A stretch of DNA of 64,000 bases, from NCBI GenBank assembly GCA_965649765.1, contig OZ287758.1:21204001-21268000 (forward strand), written 5' to 3'. Within the stretch, counting starts at the first letter, position 1; every line of letters begins with the position of its first letter. Made by a program: the position numbers and the translations under genes. Positions 36,191-48,400 of this stretch are shown one piece after another. A model generated the notes under the pieces. The model was not told the origin of the DNA. It ran no database searches and saw only the letters and a program-made list of their open reading frames with translations. This DNA comes from Bispira polyomma (Eukaryota).

Positions 36191-38401
36191 ATTTAAAAAT
36201 TGCAGCTAACAAGTCAATTACTTTTAATGTATATTAGAGGTATACAATACTTTTCCATTTTTAATCATTTAATTGGTAACATTGAATGTTTATCAAAATT
36301 GGTTTACGGCTCCAAATTTTTTTTTAAATTATGCCAAGGCGATACACAAATACATTTTTTAAAAGTAAAAGATTTCATGTTCCGAATACACTTCTACAAT
36401 GCACACATCCAGAGACCGAAAAGCTAAACAATTATATATTATCACAGTAGTGTACTATTTTAAGGTTTAGGTAAGGATGGATATCAACAACAATAAAAAT
36501 CGCTACTGATGTTAAGCAATTGTGAAACGATAAATTTATCCAAACCATTGAAGTATTGGAGTGACCTTTATATGGAAGGTTTTTCTTTCTGGACCATTTA
36601 TTGACCATTATGGGCCAAAGTGTTGTCGGCTTGTAAAGTTTACATGTGTACATTGTGACCTGAAGGTATTGGTTACTTTGATTAGTATGCCTGGTACATG
36701 CTTTGTATACCGGCTTAAGGTGGATTAACATAACTTGGCCGATCAAAGTTCACATATTTGTTAATTACAGACTGTGAAAATTTAGGAACTGGTGTATTGT
36801 GTGAGAACCTAGTTCATTTGAAACCGTGAAAAAAATTCAGAAATTAATAATACCAACATGAGAACAAGGGAAAAAATTGAAATGAAACTACTTTACATAT
36901 ATGTAAATATTTTATTGATAACCATAGAGGTAGTGATGCTGTACAATGTGTAAAGCAAGTGAATATGTCAGGACCCTTTTATGTGATATTTTGTTAATAT
37001 TGTAGAAATAATCAGTTTAAACAGGTGACTTTAACAAGAACAAACAGTGAATCTACTACATCCTAGTTACACAGTAGCCTGCTGCAGTGCAAAGATATGC
37101 AAATGTCTTTTGGGAGTTGGAATGATTACTGTCAAATATCTTTTATGATAACTGTGAAAATGCCAGTAAAGTGTAACAACTAGGGATTACCTTAAATATA
37201 AACTCTTTGTGAAAAGTATGAAGTAACTTTAATATACAATGCCTTTAAATAAACGAACAAACCTGATATAGTCAATGTAAAATTATTTAATACAAGTTTT
37301 GCAATTTGAAGCAATTCTGATACACAATGTTATTGAATCCTGAAGTTATTGTAGAAAAGCTGAAGCAAAAAATAGTCTCATTTCTATGTACATAAACATA
37401 TAACATATTCGTTTTTGTACAAAAGAAGTACCATCTATTCGAACACTCTACAAAAACAATATCATAATGGACGCAAACAGAATTGAGATATTAAAAACAT
37501 TATACAATTGAGTCAGTTATGAATTCTAGTTTCCCTAAACTCATAAAGGTAATCCAACTGGGAATTACCAATGAATACAAAGAACAACAATGAACTAAAG
37601 TGACAAAACAAAACAACTTTACTTCTAGTTTTCTAGACAGAAATGAAGCATTTCTACACGTAAACTCAACTAACAACATGTATTTAGATATAACACTGTG
37701 ATTTGACAGAACATATTTATATACCTCTTATTAATGTACATCATTACATCATACACTTTAAATATTTTACATTGTCCTTACATAAGTTCATTATTCCACG
37801 TCCCCCCTCCTCCACCGTCCTTTCTGATAACTTGTTCAATAGCCATACATCCAACCTTACAGGCAGTCCTTTATGCTGCCAAAACAGTAAAACAGACACT
37901 TCATTATTTTGGTAACATAAAAATACAACAACAAGTTCTTTTTAAAATTACTAAATTTACAATTAAATTGATTTATCAATGGTGAACCTTATTTAGAAAT
38001 TAGCCTCATACATTTTAAATTGTCACTGTTAACCCATCACGTTAATATGATTACATGACTAGTTATACAACTAACAATCGACAGTTGCACTGTAAGAAAT
38101 ATTGCTTCTTATGCCACAACAAATATTCTTGTTATTAACAATAATAGGCCTGAATGCTGTGACATTGAAATACATTTTATTTATGATTAACACCATTATG
38201 GCTAGAAAATAATTAAGGTATTGAACAGAACTATGTATGGTGTAACATAAGTGAATATAAAGCTGTCACACATTTAAAAGTTGGATCCAAATGATAATGC
38301 AAAAAGATTACATCACAGGTAATATTTATTACAGGCGAATTTTCATTTCTTTGATAAAATTGCACATTCAAGAATCCACATGAAGTGCAGAGTTAACCAT
38401 C

Positions 38402-38457
38402 AGGGCCCGTATTTACGAAGGGACTTAGCCAGGTCTTAGGCTTAGGCTTAGGCTTGT
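38402..38457 (+). repeat. MITE-like terminus with (ttaggc)n
   Basis: gggcccgtatttacgaagggacttagccaggtctta resembles 29036-29072 ggcctgtattcactgacagacttagccaagtctta. Confidence 0.5.
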
Positions 38458-39289
38458 TGTATTAGTATGTGTTCACCTATAGCCATGCCTACACATTGAA
38501 GTGCATTAAAAGATGTAAAACAAATCGTCAACATAGTTAATGGTACAAGTAAGGATAAAAGTCAATGGAACAGTACATTTGGAAACACACAGAACATTAT
38601 CAATACAACAAAGTTAATTCCCATCCCTGATTTTAACAAATAGGCTTATTGCTACTTATAGACATATAAAACAAATACACAGGGGGTTATAATGAATTTT
38701 AACATGACATGGATATGTCATGCGTATACTCATGGGCTGTTCTATCAGTTCCCCTGGCAAGGTAAGTAAGATGGAACGGCCTGTTTTTATGTTCGTTAAT
38801 TTTTAAATTTAAAGTAAGTTTCATCTTCTTTATTATTTTGTCATGCTAGAATAGGAATAACACTCCAAATCATGGTATGCACATAATTGTACCATTCGTC
38901 ATGCATTAGACCTTGAATCATGGTAAAATTCTGCATATACAATTGTTTGTCTGTCGTTATTCTTATATCTCAAGGTTTTGTTATCTGGGAAAAACAAAGT
39001 CAAAACATGCTTTACAAAAAAAACCTACTATACTCATTCGCATGACTGGAATATTGTTTACATGGCTCATTTAGTGCGAATTAGCAACATGGGAAGTAAA
39101 ATATATCTATGAGAAATATACATATATCTAGATCAAAATGGCTGATTTTGAGAATGGTAAAGTCACTAGATATTCGAAGTAACTCACGCATGTATAAAAT
39201 ATATATAAAACAGGGTAGGGTGTGCAGACTTACTGGTGAGGAGAAAAAATATCTGTGCATTTTGAGGTAAGCGCGATACATTTTGAAAA

Positions 39290-39453
39290 GTCAAAAGTCA
39301 CAGTTTAGGGTTTTACGTCATATTCAACAGCTAGGGTCATATTGGGACAGGCCCACAGCATTTGTCACTTGCGAAGGTGAACCCACACAGAGGTGACAGC
39401 CTGTGATTAGATGCCAAACTAGCTAACCATTCGTCTACGGAGGACCTTCCGAA
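39290..39453 (-). mobile_element. Short tRNA-derived SINE with near-perfect TSD
   Basis: Minus strand gtagacgaatggttagc..aatcacaggctgtcacctct..ctgtcccaatatgacc..gacgtaaaac; flanked by acattttgaaaa / acatttgaaaa. Confidence 0.8.
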
Positions 39454-39658
39454 ACATTTGAAAACTAAACAAGTTTAGTGCTCAATAATAATGCTGAAGT
39501 AAACGTTATCGTTTAATTTGATGAACCTCTATTTTTTTGTCCTCATACTAATCCAATAACTCATGCTTAAGAATTTTAGTTTAGTTGAAATAATGATTTT
39601 TCAATTCTCCTCACCAGTGTAATATGTGACACAAAGCAACAACAACAAGAAGACAATC

Positions 39659-39835
39659 TTAAGGACTTGTGGAGTTGTAGGAGCCAAACACACCCTCATT
39701 TCTCCCACCGGATATGCCAAATGTGGTAATGAATATATTCATGAGCATCACGAAGTACAAAAGGTATGTGGCCATATGCTGCCAGAAGGACACTTTACGG
39801 AATGCCATCCTTTCTTGACGGTCTTCATATTGCTC
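39659..39835 (-). CDS. Ninjurin-like protein, last coding exon (second TM helix)
   Basis: ctatctacag|EQYEDRQERMAFRKVSFWQHMATYLLYFVMLMNIFITTFGISGGRNEGVFGSYNSTSP*; resembles ninjurin KLDFLNNLATGLVFIIVVVNIFITAFG; phase 0 fits the upstream exon; missed by the ORF track. Confidence 0.9.
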   Translation of the reverse strand, partial: EQYEDRQERMAFRKVSFWQHMATYLLYFVMLMNIFITTFGISGGRNEGVFGSYNSTSP

Positions 39836-40368
39836 CTGTAGATAGAAAAAGTCATAGAATTTTTTAAATATATGTATGTTTTTATGTAATTTATATATAG
39901 ATGATAGGCTGGGTTGAGGTTAAAAATATGTCATACTTTACCTGCAAATATATCATTCCTATTACATATACCTTATCTATAATAATAATATGCAAGTGTG
40001 TTTTAAGCGGTTGTGGTCATCGTAGGTCATTATGTTTGTTATTGATGGAAGACTTTGACCGCAAAACAATTAATCTGACATCAATTTTATAAGTTAGACT
40101 TTATTTTTACAAATATAAGTGTTTTTGCTCACAAAAATTGCCATCTTTGGCATATGCTGGTAGGGTATTATGCTTATGATTAATTTACATGTTCCTTGTT
40201 TTCTTCAACTGTTGCAGATGATGCAGAAAATAGAAAGTTATTCCAAAAGGTGCATTATAGGTAAAAGGCATTAGTTCAATTAGTGGATGTTGCAAGCTAT
40301 CTTTTAAAACTACATTACAGTTTTACATCAACCAAATTGCAAGGAAGACAGTGTTCTTTTTGATTTAC

Positions 40369-41052
40369 CTTAACAAAGAATGCATGATGCTGTTGTGCCT
40401 CTGACAATTTCTGTTCAGCTTCTGCTTCCTCCTTTTCCTGCATGGCTGCTCGCAATTCTTCCCTTGCCTTCGCAAGTTCTTCTTCAAGGTCTGTATTGCC
40501 AGGAGTCTTCTTTAAAGCTTCCTCTACTACTTTCAAGTAGTTGCTTCCTCGTACTATTTTAACTTCAGCATCCGCACACTTGACCCGTGCCACCTCAATA
40601 TTACTGTCTGCTCGCTCCAGGTCAACAATATTTTCCATGGTGCCTGTGGTCCATTCACAGCATCCTGTTGGATCTTCCTCTGTTCCAGCTGTTCGGGGAA
40701 TAGACTGGCTTGCAGATGTTGCTCGAACACTCATATATGTCGCATTATTCTTTCGTCGACATGTTCGGCAACAGCAAGTGAGGCAATTTAACATGCCATA
40801 ACAACACCCATTTTTCTCCGAGGTCTGATAATAGTGGAGATTGCCAATATAAATTATGATGATCCCGACAAATATTTCTAAAGACAAGCAGGCAATAAGG
40901 AGTGTTAGGACAAAGTCATAGAAGCGGTGGCCTTGGCGGCCAATGTCCAGAAGAAGTTTGAGTTCAGTGATTTGGGTGAGTGTCAGAATGGTCACCAGAG
41001 CACCTTGAGCTTTGGTCTCTGATTGTTCCAATTCACTGTGGCGAGCCAACAG
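40369..41052 (-). CDS. Ninjurin-like protein, main exon (amphipathic helices, first TM, large insert)
   Basis: tactttcag|LLARHSELEQSETKAQGALVTILTLTQITELKLLLDIGRQGHRFYDFVLTLLIACLSLEIFVGIIIIYIG...HHAFFVK|gtaaat; 228 open codons; ninjurin pattern AQG.L....QLK..L..G....FY...L.LI..SL.LQI.VG. Confidence 0.92.
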
Positions 41053-41245
41053 CTGAAAGTAATACATGAAGTACACATTAATCAACTGTTAATATATACT
41101 ATATATTTTGTAAAGATGTTACTAACTCAAGTAACAAATATCCAGATGCACACTTCTAAACTTTGGAACATCTATCATGAAATCTATCGATACATGTGTT
41201 ATTTTAAAAGACCTTCATTTCATAGAAATAAATTTTTATACTCTT

Positions 41246-41412
41246 TGTGTGAAAGGTGGTAGTTTCTTACTGAGGGCCGCTGGTTTCAGTGCAGTGCAGA
41301 ACCTTGATCAACTGTATGCAGTGTTTCCTCCAGCGTTTCCAACTACCCGTCCCAATATAACCTAAACAGGTACTGGAGTGGACGTTAAACATTCCAATTC
41401 AAATTCAAATTC
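41246..41412 (+). mobile_element. 5'-truncated copy of the 8395/52233 SINE
   Basis: gaaaggtggtagtt..gcagaaccttga..gtttcctccagcgtttccaactacccgtcccaatataa..(aaattc)n. Confidence 0.9.
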
Positions 41413-41682
41413 TCATTAGTGGGTGTTCATGAACATATATGTCATTTCTGTGGCATCGCCGACACATTTTTGTTTTACACTCGCCTCACCTTGGCAGTGT
41501 AGCTTAGGGGGGACTTTTATGTGGTGAATGGGGCAATATATGGGGTGTAACATTCCATTCGTGGCATAACCTCTGACAGCGAAGAGTGACAGATGCATTT
41601 CTGAATGAGACCAGGCCTTAAAAACCACTCTGAAGACCCCCCAATTCCAAAGGTAAGTGTAAAACAGTATGTGTATACTAAC

Positions 41683-41718
41683 CTCATGGACTCGAGCCTG
41701 TCTCACTCGTACAGACAT
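41683..41718 (-). CDS. Ninjurin-like, candidate alternative start exon (MSVRVRQARVHE)
   Basis: ATG..gag|gttagt phase-0 donor fits the 41052 acceptor; upstream acceptor tttctttgcag at 41863-41873. Confidence 0.55.
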
Positions 41719-42356
41719 CTCTTAGTCTATTTGACACACTTGACTAGTGTGTATATATAATAGATGTATATATTTGTTAGATTCTTTCCGCCTTTGGTGA
41801 AGAAAAGACCCCCTTGACTTTTTCACTTCAATCTTGGGAAAATCTGTGTGAAAATCTTACTCCTGCAAAGAAATAGAAGCTTTCTTGCAGACTTCCATTT
41901 AGTTTCAGATTTCGTTGGGTTTTAGATTGAGTGCTTTATAGGCAAATCTTGCAGTGCAGGCTATGTACAATAATGAAAGCCTTACTAATTCATACTACAA
42001 AAGTTAATAATGTAAAGTGACAGAGGTTTGAGCACTCTACATCAGAGTGAAAAAGAGGGTGTCTTTTCAAAAGGAGAAACTAATCAAGCGCTTCCAAAAA
42101 TACACATGCATTATATAAACATATAAGGAAAATAACATAGGAAATATTTTGTCAAAATGAAAAAGGTATTTCTGGTTATGACATGCACAATTTACATTAC
42201 AATCTCTAATATTTTATTTGGTCAGGTATACTGTTTAAACATTCTGTAAGCTATTCGAGTTGGCTAGTTATGTATTAATGAATCACAAAAGGCCCTGAAA
42301 ATGGACCAATGTAACACACAAGATAAATAGATTTCGATACAAAAATGATATCTTAC

Positions 42357-42430
42357 TTCCTTAACTTTTGCACGTCCACTTTCAGCCATTCTGGCAATAG
42401 TTTGGGCCATGTGAGGCGTGCTCCACGTAT
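42357..42430 (-). CDS. Ninjurin-like, internal exon (xTWSTPHMAQTIARMAESGRAKVKE)
   Basis: gtattttcag| 74 nt |gtaaga; phase 1 in, phase 0 out; open frame continues into LLARH. Confidence 0.75.
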
Positions 42431-45400
42431 CTGAAAATACATTGCACAAACATGTTATTTTACTTCTTTGTGCAAAAGAATTTAAAATAATAAAAAAAAT
42501 CATGTATTTGAACATTTTAAAAGGTAATATACTTTTCTTGTTGATATTCAAACAGTCTTTCTTGTGTTTTGAACATTAAATATAATCATGCACTGGTTTG
42601 TTGAAGCCAGATAAAAGTCTCTCAGAATGATAACGGACGTTTGTTTGATGATAAGTAGCATTTTGTTAGAGAACTGCCATGCACAATTTACTGATGTAGT
42701 TTTAAAGCCTTCGTTTCGTTTCTGTGTTTCCAACTAAGAGAGCTTCAAATTTCAGTTGTGACTGGTGATATTCAGATATTATGAAAACAGCTGATCACAG
42801 TTTTATGCTTTATTTGAAAATGTAGCTGCAGTGGATTAATGCAAAATATTATGTGACTGTGGTAGCTGTAAATAAGCATTGTAATGATAAATGATATGTA
42901 TGTTCCAATATATTCTGCAACTCAAACTGCAACTCAAACAAGGCTGATCAAATTTAATTGTAATAACTTTTATCTTTTGATGTTCTGAAAATCAATAATT
43001 GAAAAAATTATAACAAATAACAATACAAAAACAGACATGAGTTGATTAATGTAATGGAGTAACATTAACTAAACTCTATACACAATAATATGAAAAGTTT
43101 TTACAAAGGAAGTGTAAATCTATTACATTATGCTCAAATTATATATTAAATTAGTTATTAAGAAACTAAAATCAGCCTAACACAATATAGAAAGAAAGTA
43201 ATGTAAAATAATAAAATGATATGGTTTCAAATCCACAATTTAAAGGAGTGAGAGAGGAAATACAAGGAATTGATCATAACTCAATATAATCTGGGTGGGT
43301 TTAAGGGACTTTACTTTTAACTTCTCACAGGTAAAGCTAAGTTAAATTGATAAAAACTACCCACCCAGACCCTTATCTGTGACGTATTGCCGGAAATAAT
43401 TAACTTCCTCTCTCTTGTTAGTTGCCATTGGTGGATATTTTAATTAGAAGGAATGATTAGTCTGAAAGATATGAAATTAATATGTAAGCATGCAGTCACA
43501 ATATAGAAGGAGATATCTGAAAGATACTGTGCATATACAAAGAGGAGGATATACTATATACAAAACGGTGTAAAAGGTAATGTATATAAGATAAAGGAAG
43601 GCAATTATAGTTACAAAATTAATCAGTGATAGTTATTTTAAAACAACTGAACTAATATATACATAATTTATACACATATAAAAATAGAACAAATACCCGA
43701 CAGTGAAAACAAGATGAAGTTTATCAAAAACAAACTTGTAGAAAAATATGTTCTAAACAGTGGGGTGATCCACTATAATATACAATAAAAGACACATACC
43801 ATTTTCAAGAATATTACATTACTTTGAATATTCAACTAGCAATGTAAAATATCTATACAAGTTATTATATTGCAATTGCTTTGTCACATATTCGAAAGTT
43901 GAAAAACAACAGAATATTGTGAATATTAAAACTCTATAGAATATGTTGTCAAATATTATTTTAATTGTTTCTTTTTATAATTTGTTCAAGGGATGAACAT
44001 TTGAAGACCATTCTGTAGATGAAGAAAACCATGCTTTAAAAGCTTTTTTTTATGATATTTACTATGGTGGATATAGATAAAAAAAAACCTCCAGGCTAAG
44101 TGAAAAAAGTCTTGCTCCCTCATGGTGTGTAATGAACTGGAGGCTCAAGTTTCCTGTTAATAGCCGAACAAGACAAACATGTCATCAGGCTACATCAATA
44201 TTTGCTGCTGTTGCTGGCAATGAGAGCTCACGTCTTCTGAGCCCTTACTGCTACTTATGTTATGTTAGGGCATTTAATATCAATATACACAAGGAATCTA
44301 CCATCATCACAGAAAAGTTGTGCATCATCCCCAATTTTTCTAAACTGGTACCTTCAATATAACATGCAGAGTTCCTGCCATGTATGTTATGCTTCATTTA
44401 ATTTAAATGTATACCTCTGTCAGATTACCAACAATATGTCAGGTGTCGGGATTTATTAAAAATGATCAACTACTAGGGACAAATTCAGGATTTTCCTTCA
44501 AAAGCAGAACTACAACATAAATGCTGCCGCATGAACAGCATTCATACACATTTTAGAGGCTGGTGCAAAGGCTAATCAAGACCGAGTGTACTGTAATAAT
44601 AGAAGATAAAGAAAAATAAATTTGTTGACAAAAAGCTCCATAGAAATGGCATGATGGGGATATCAATATCCAGTTTCTTTTGTCAAGATGAAAAGGGACA
44701 TTTGAGATTCCTCTGAGGTTTCAATTAAGTATGATGTATACAGATAAAAATTACAGGATATTATATCAAATACATTTTCATTTAATTACCTTCCCGTTTC
44801 ATAACATTGTAAATATGGTGTGGCAACACTACTTTCACCAATGTGACTTCTATACATTACTAGCGTTATTACTGATATTTGTAATCAGTAAATATAACTG
44901 ACATGAATGACCTTTCTGTATTTGTATGATTTTATTAAATATATTTATAACACTTTTATAGCACTTAATCTCGATGCTAGCAGATGTTAAGGCACATACG
45001 ACAGGAAAATCACTTTTATAGTTTTATATAGTCATTGGAGGTGGAAGAGCAAATAAACCCAGTAGATAAATATTCAAAATTTCTATATTTTAAATACTGA
45101 AATAAATTGATGACCAAACTAGACAACATGTATAACTTGTTCTTGTAGTGGTATAAAGTAAGTTATTAAAAAATAATGTTTAGTATGCTTGCTCACATAA
45201 AGCTAGACTTCGTGGTGTATGGGTATATGTAGGACTATCTCTATCTGGATCTCTCGTACAATTTAGTTTAAAGTGTACAGTGGAGTGTCAAACACACTAC
45301 ATACAGTGCAGGTCTGAGTATAGAGGAACTGACCATTAATCTGGTGTTTCTTATATATTTCTCTTAGTTTCAGCATTCTAAATATGTGATACTTTATAGA

Positions 45401-48400
45401 CTAGATGACTTAGTTGTATGTTGGCTATATTTGTATTTCAAGCATTCTTAAAAAAACAGATCCATCAAATTTATTGCAGTCTTGTGAAATGCACAAACAG
45501 CTTAAGATGAGATTTTGTCTCTGTGCATACTGATGTGTGCATGAATGCCTGATGCTATAACTGGCAGTCTGTATGTGTCCCTGTATCTTTAGCTGAGATG
45601 GTATTCCTGTATGCCTGACTCAGATTTTGAGTAGCTTGTGACTGTGTGCGGAAATTGTATCTCAGGAGAAATTGCCTTTCTATGGGAAGCAAACCAGCCC
45701 CATCTTGCCCATTGCTAATAGAATTAACCTCTTTGGCCAAGGTCGGAAATACCAGCAGCAAAAATTAAACCAATCAATTCTCGGCACGGGTTCTAAATGT
45801 GGAGTTAAAGGCTCTTCAAAGTGTTAAAAAGATCTTAAATTTTCTGGCAGCTAGGAGTTTGGAGAAATGTCTGGTAAATGTCACATTATTAGATATACAT
45901 ACACCGTATAACATAGTTATGACACTGTTTCCGAGTACCTATTATCTGCTTCTGGCCTTACAAGAAATAGATACACATCAAAACATGTGTCAAGTTGCAA
46001 ATGGTATTGAGAAAATGCAAAAGAACTATTATGTGCTAGTATAAATAGCTTATAATTACCAAATAAGATAGGTGGTATGACGTCATTATGTTATGGATAG
46101 CCATTGTTGCACTGGAAACAGGCAAATGCGTCAGGAAAATAAAACAGAAACAAATACCCTTTAATATAAAAATGTCAGCTACCATAAGGAAAAAGTTGCT
46201 TCACATTTATAGTTTGCTGAACAACAATCAACCTTTTTCTAAAGAGCCTGACTAAACAGTTCCCACCACAAAGTAGTAGTTCAAGACTTAATAAACTCAG
46301 TCCTATCTATATTTGTATATGTTTCAATACACCTTAATAAAGTTCAATATCCAAATACGAAAATACCAAAAAACACAGGCTTTCAATAACCTAATTTAAT
46401 GAGAAGAAATGTACATTTAAATACTAATATTTAAATTTTACTTATGAAAATGTAGAATCTGAAATGAGAAAAAGCCAGGCTTACAATAGAGTAGTGTCTG
46501 TAAAAGAAATGGTGGAGTGCTATCTGGGAATGGAAACACCAGGCTGTGAATGGCTGCCAACAATATTTATTACAGACTCTTGCGGGAAGTGTTAAAATCC
46601 CATAGATCCTTTCTATCCTTAATTTTCCAGCAGAATAAGTACAGTTAATGCAGAGAAAAAAGCAAGGGTACAATATTTATCCCTTAATGTTAAGCTACCA
46701 CCCTTTAACAATTAAGGATGTCTAATTTTGTATTGGTTCACTCTCCCCAAATACTTTACCCTACTTTAGTGATGGAAATAATAGAGCAATCATTAATTAC
46801 AATCATTGTGAAATACACACAAATACACAATGTAATATTGTATCTCTAACAAGTGTGATATCCATGTATGTAACCTGTATTGGTGTCAGAGGTCAATGCC
46901 CCCAATGGCCTTTCTTTTATATTTTAATTACCAACAGCATTCCTGCAGCATTAATTTCATCAGAATGTATATTTGTTATTCTAGTCCTGGAGTACCATTT
47001 ACTTGGTGCTACCATAAGTAATCATAAGTACTTCGACATATGCATGATTTAAGTTAACACAGTAACATTACTTTTTTATATCATAGCCTTAAACCCAGTA
47101 GTTTAAGTAACAGACTCCAACCGTGCATTAAGGTGCCCCTACCTATAATCTTGTAAAATCTATATGTACAGCCTTTGATTTTACTTTGTGCTTGCCGTTT
47201 TTAATTTGTGGACCTCAATGTTAGTATATGCTTGTACTTTAAACTTAGATATGTAAATACAATTTATTTTAGATATAAAAACTATACATAAATTAATAAC
47301 CCTTTGATATATTTCTGTAACATTTGACTGGTTCCGGTGTACTGCAACAACAGCGGCTAAAACAGTGGCTAATCTTTCTTAGTCCAGTGAGCTACATAAA
47401 GACACTCACCTAATACAATTAATGGGGTACATGTGGCCATCTTAAGAAGAGGGTCTGGCTCGTTTCAAGAGTAGTAATTAGCACTAAATGGAGTGGGTCT
47501 ACTGACATAGAAAATGATGGGTCCTCATCAAAGCTACACTGTGACTCAAAAAACAAGGGTCTACTGATAACATGCACCAAAGCCCCAAAACACCAATGTC
47601 ATTGGTGCTTCTTTTCATCACCAAAATTAAAATTAAATTTAGTTTGGTTTAATTTAATTTAGTCTTATTTAGTTTGGTTTAGTTTGTAAAATTTCTGCAA
47701 ATATTTAAAAATTGTTAAAATGAACTAGGAAACGAAGTGCAATGATGTCACTAATCCACCTTGGCTATATGACAAACTTGACAACTATATCCCCCAAAAT
47801 GATGTCACAACACTTATTTGCAGATAACCCATTGCTTTGAGTTAGAGCAAAAACTTTAATGGTCTTGCAAAAACAAATTCTTCTTGTCAGCAGAATTGTA
47901 AGTGGCTAATTCTAGTTGATGGGCTCTCGGAGGTCATTTCTCTTGTGTTCTGAAAAGTTGATGAGCTCTCTTTTCCTACATGTTGCCAGTAATCCTGCCA
48001 CTAGAATAAAGCTCGTCTTACTTTTGGGATAGTGTCCAGAGACAGTCAAAGCAGCTTACAGTGAATGGGAGTGCTTTTGTTTTCATCAGAAAAGGCCATA
48101 GATGTCACAATGAAAGTACTGCTTCATTTTAGTACAATTTTAGTTACCTCAAACCATCAACCATAAATTTCTTCAAAAACTTTTACCTAAATCTAACATT
48201 TAAATTTTATAGTTTGAATTTGTTGATTATATGATTATTTAACTTGTCATTGGTAACACAAATTGGTAAAGTAATCTACTGAGTATCATCTATTACTAAG
48301 TGTATTACCTCACTTGTCAAAACTTGTACTAGATGTGATATTGCCTTGATGGCAGGAAGGTCCCATTTAGTACTGCCTAAGTCACTAGGCTGGTAGATGA

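Noticed and set aside
40315-41085. 256-aa ORF as a single-exon gene
   Set aside because: Both ends run into intron sequence; splice sites at 41052 and 40369 and the missing second TM helix in exon 39659-39835 show it is an internal exon
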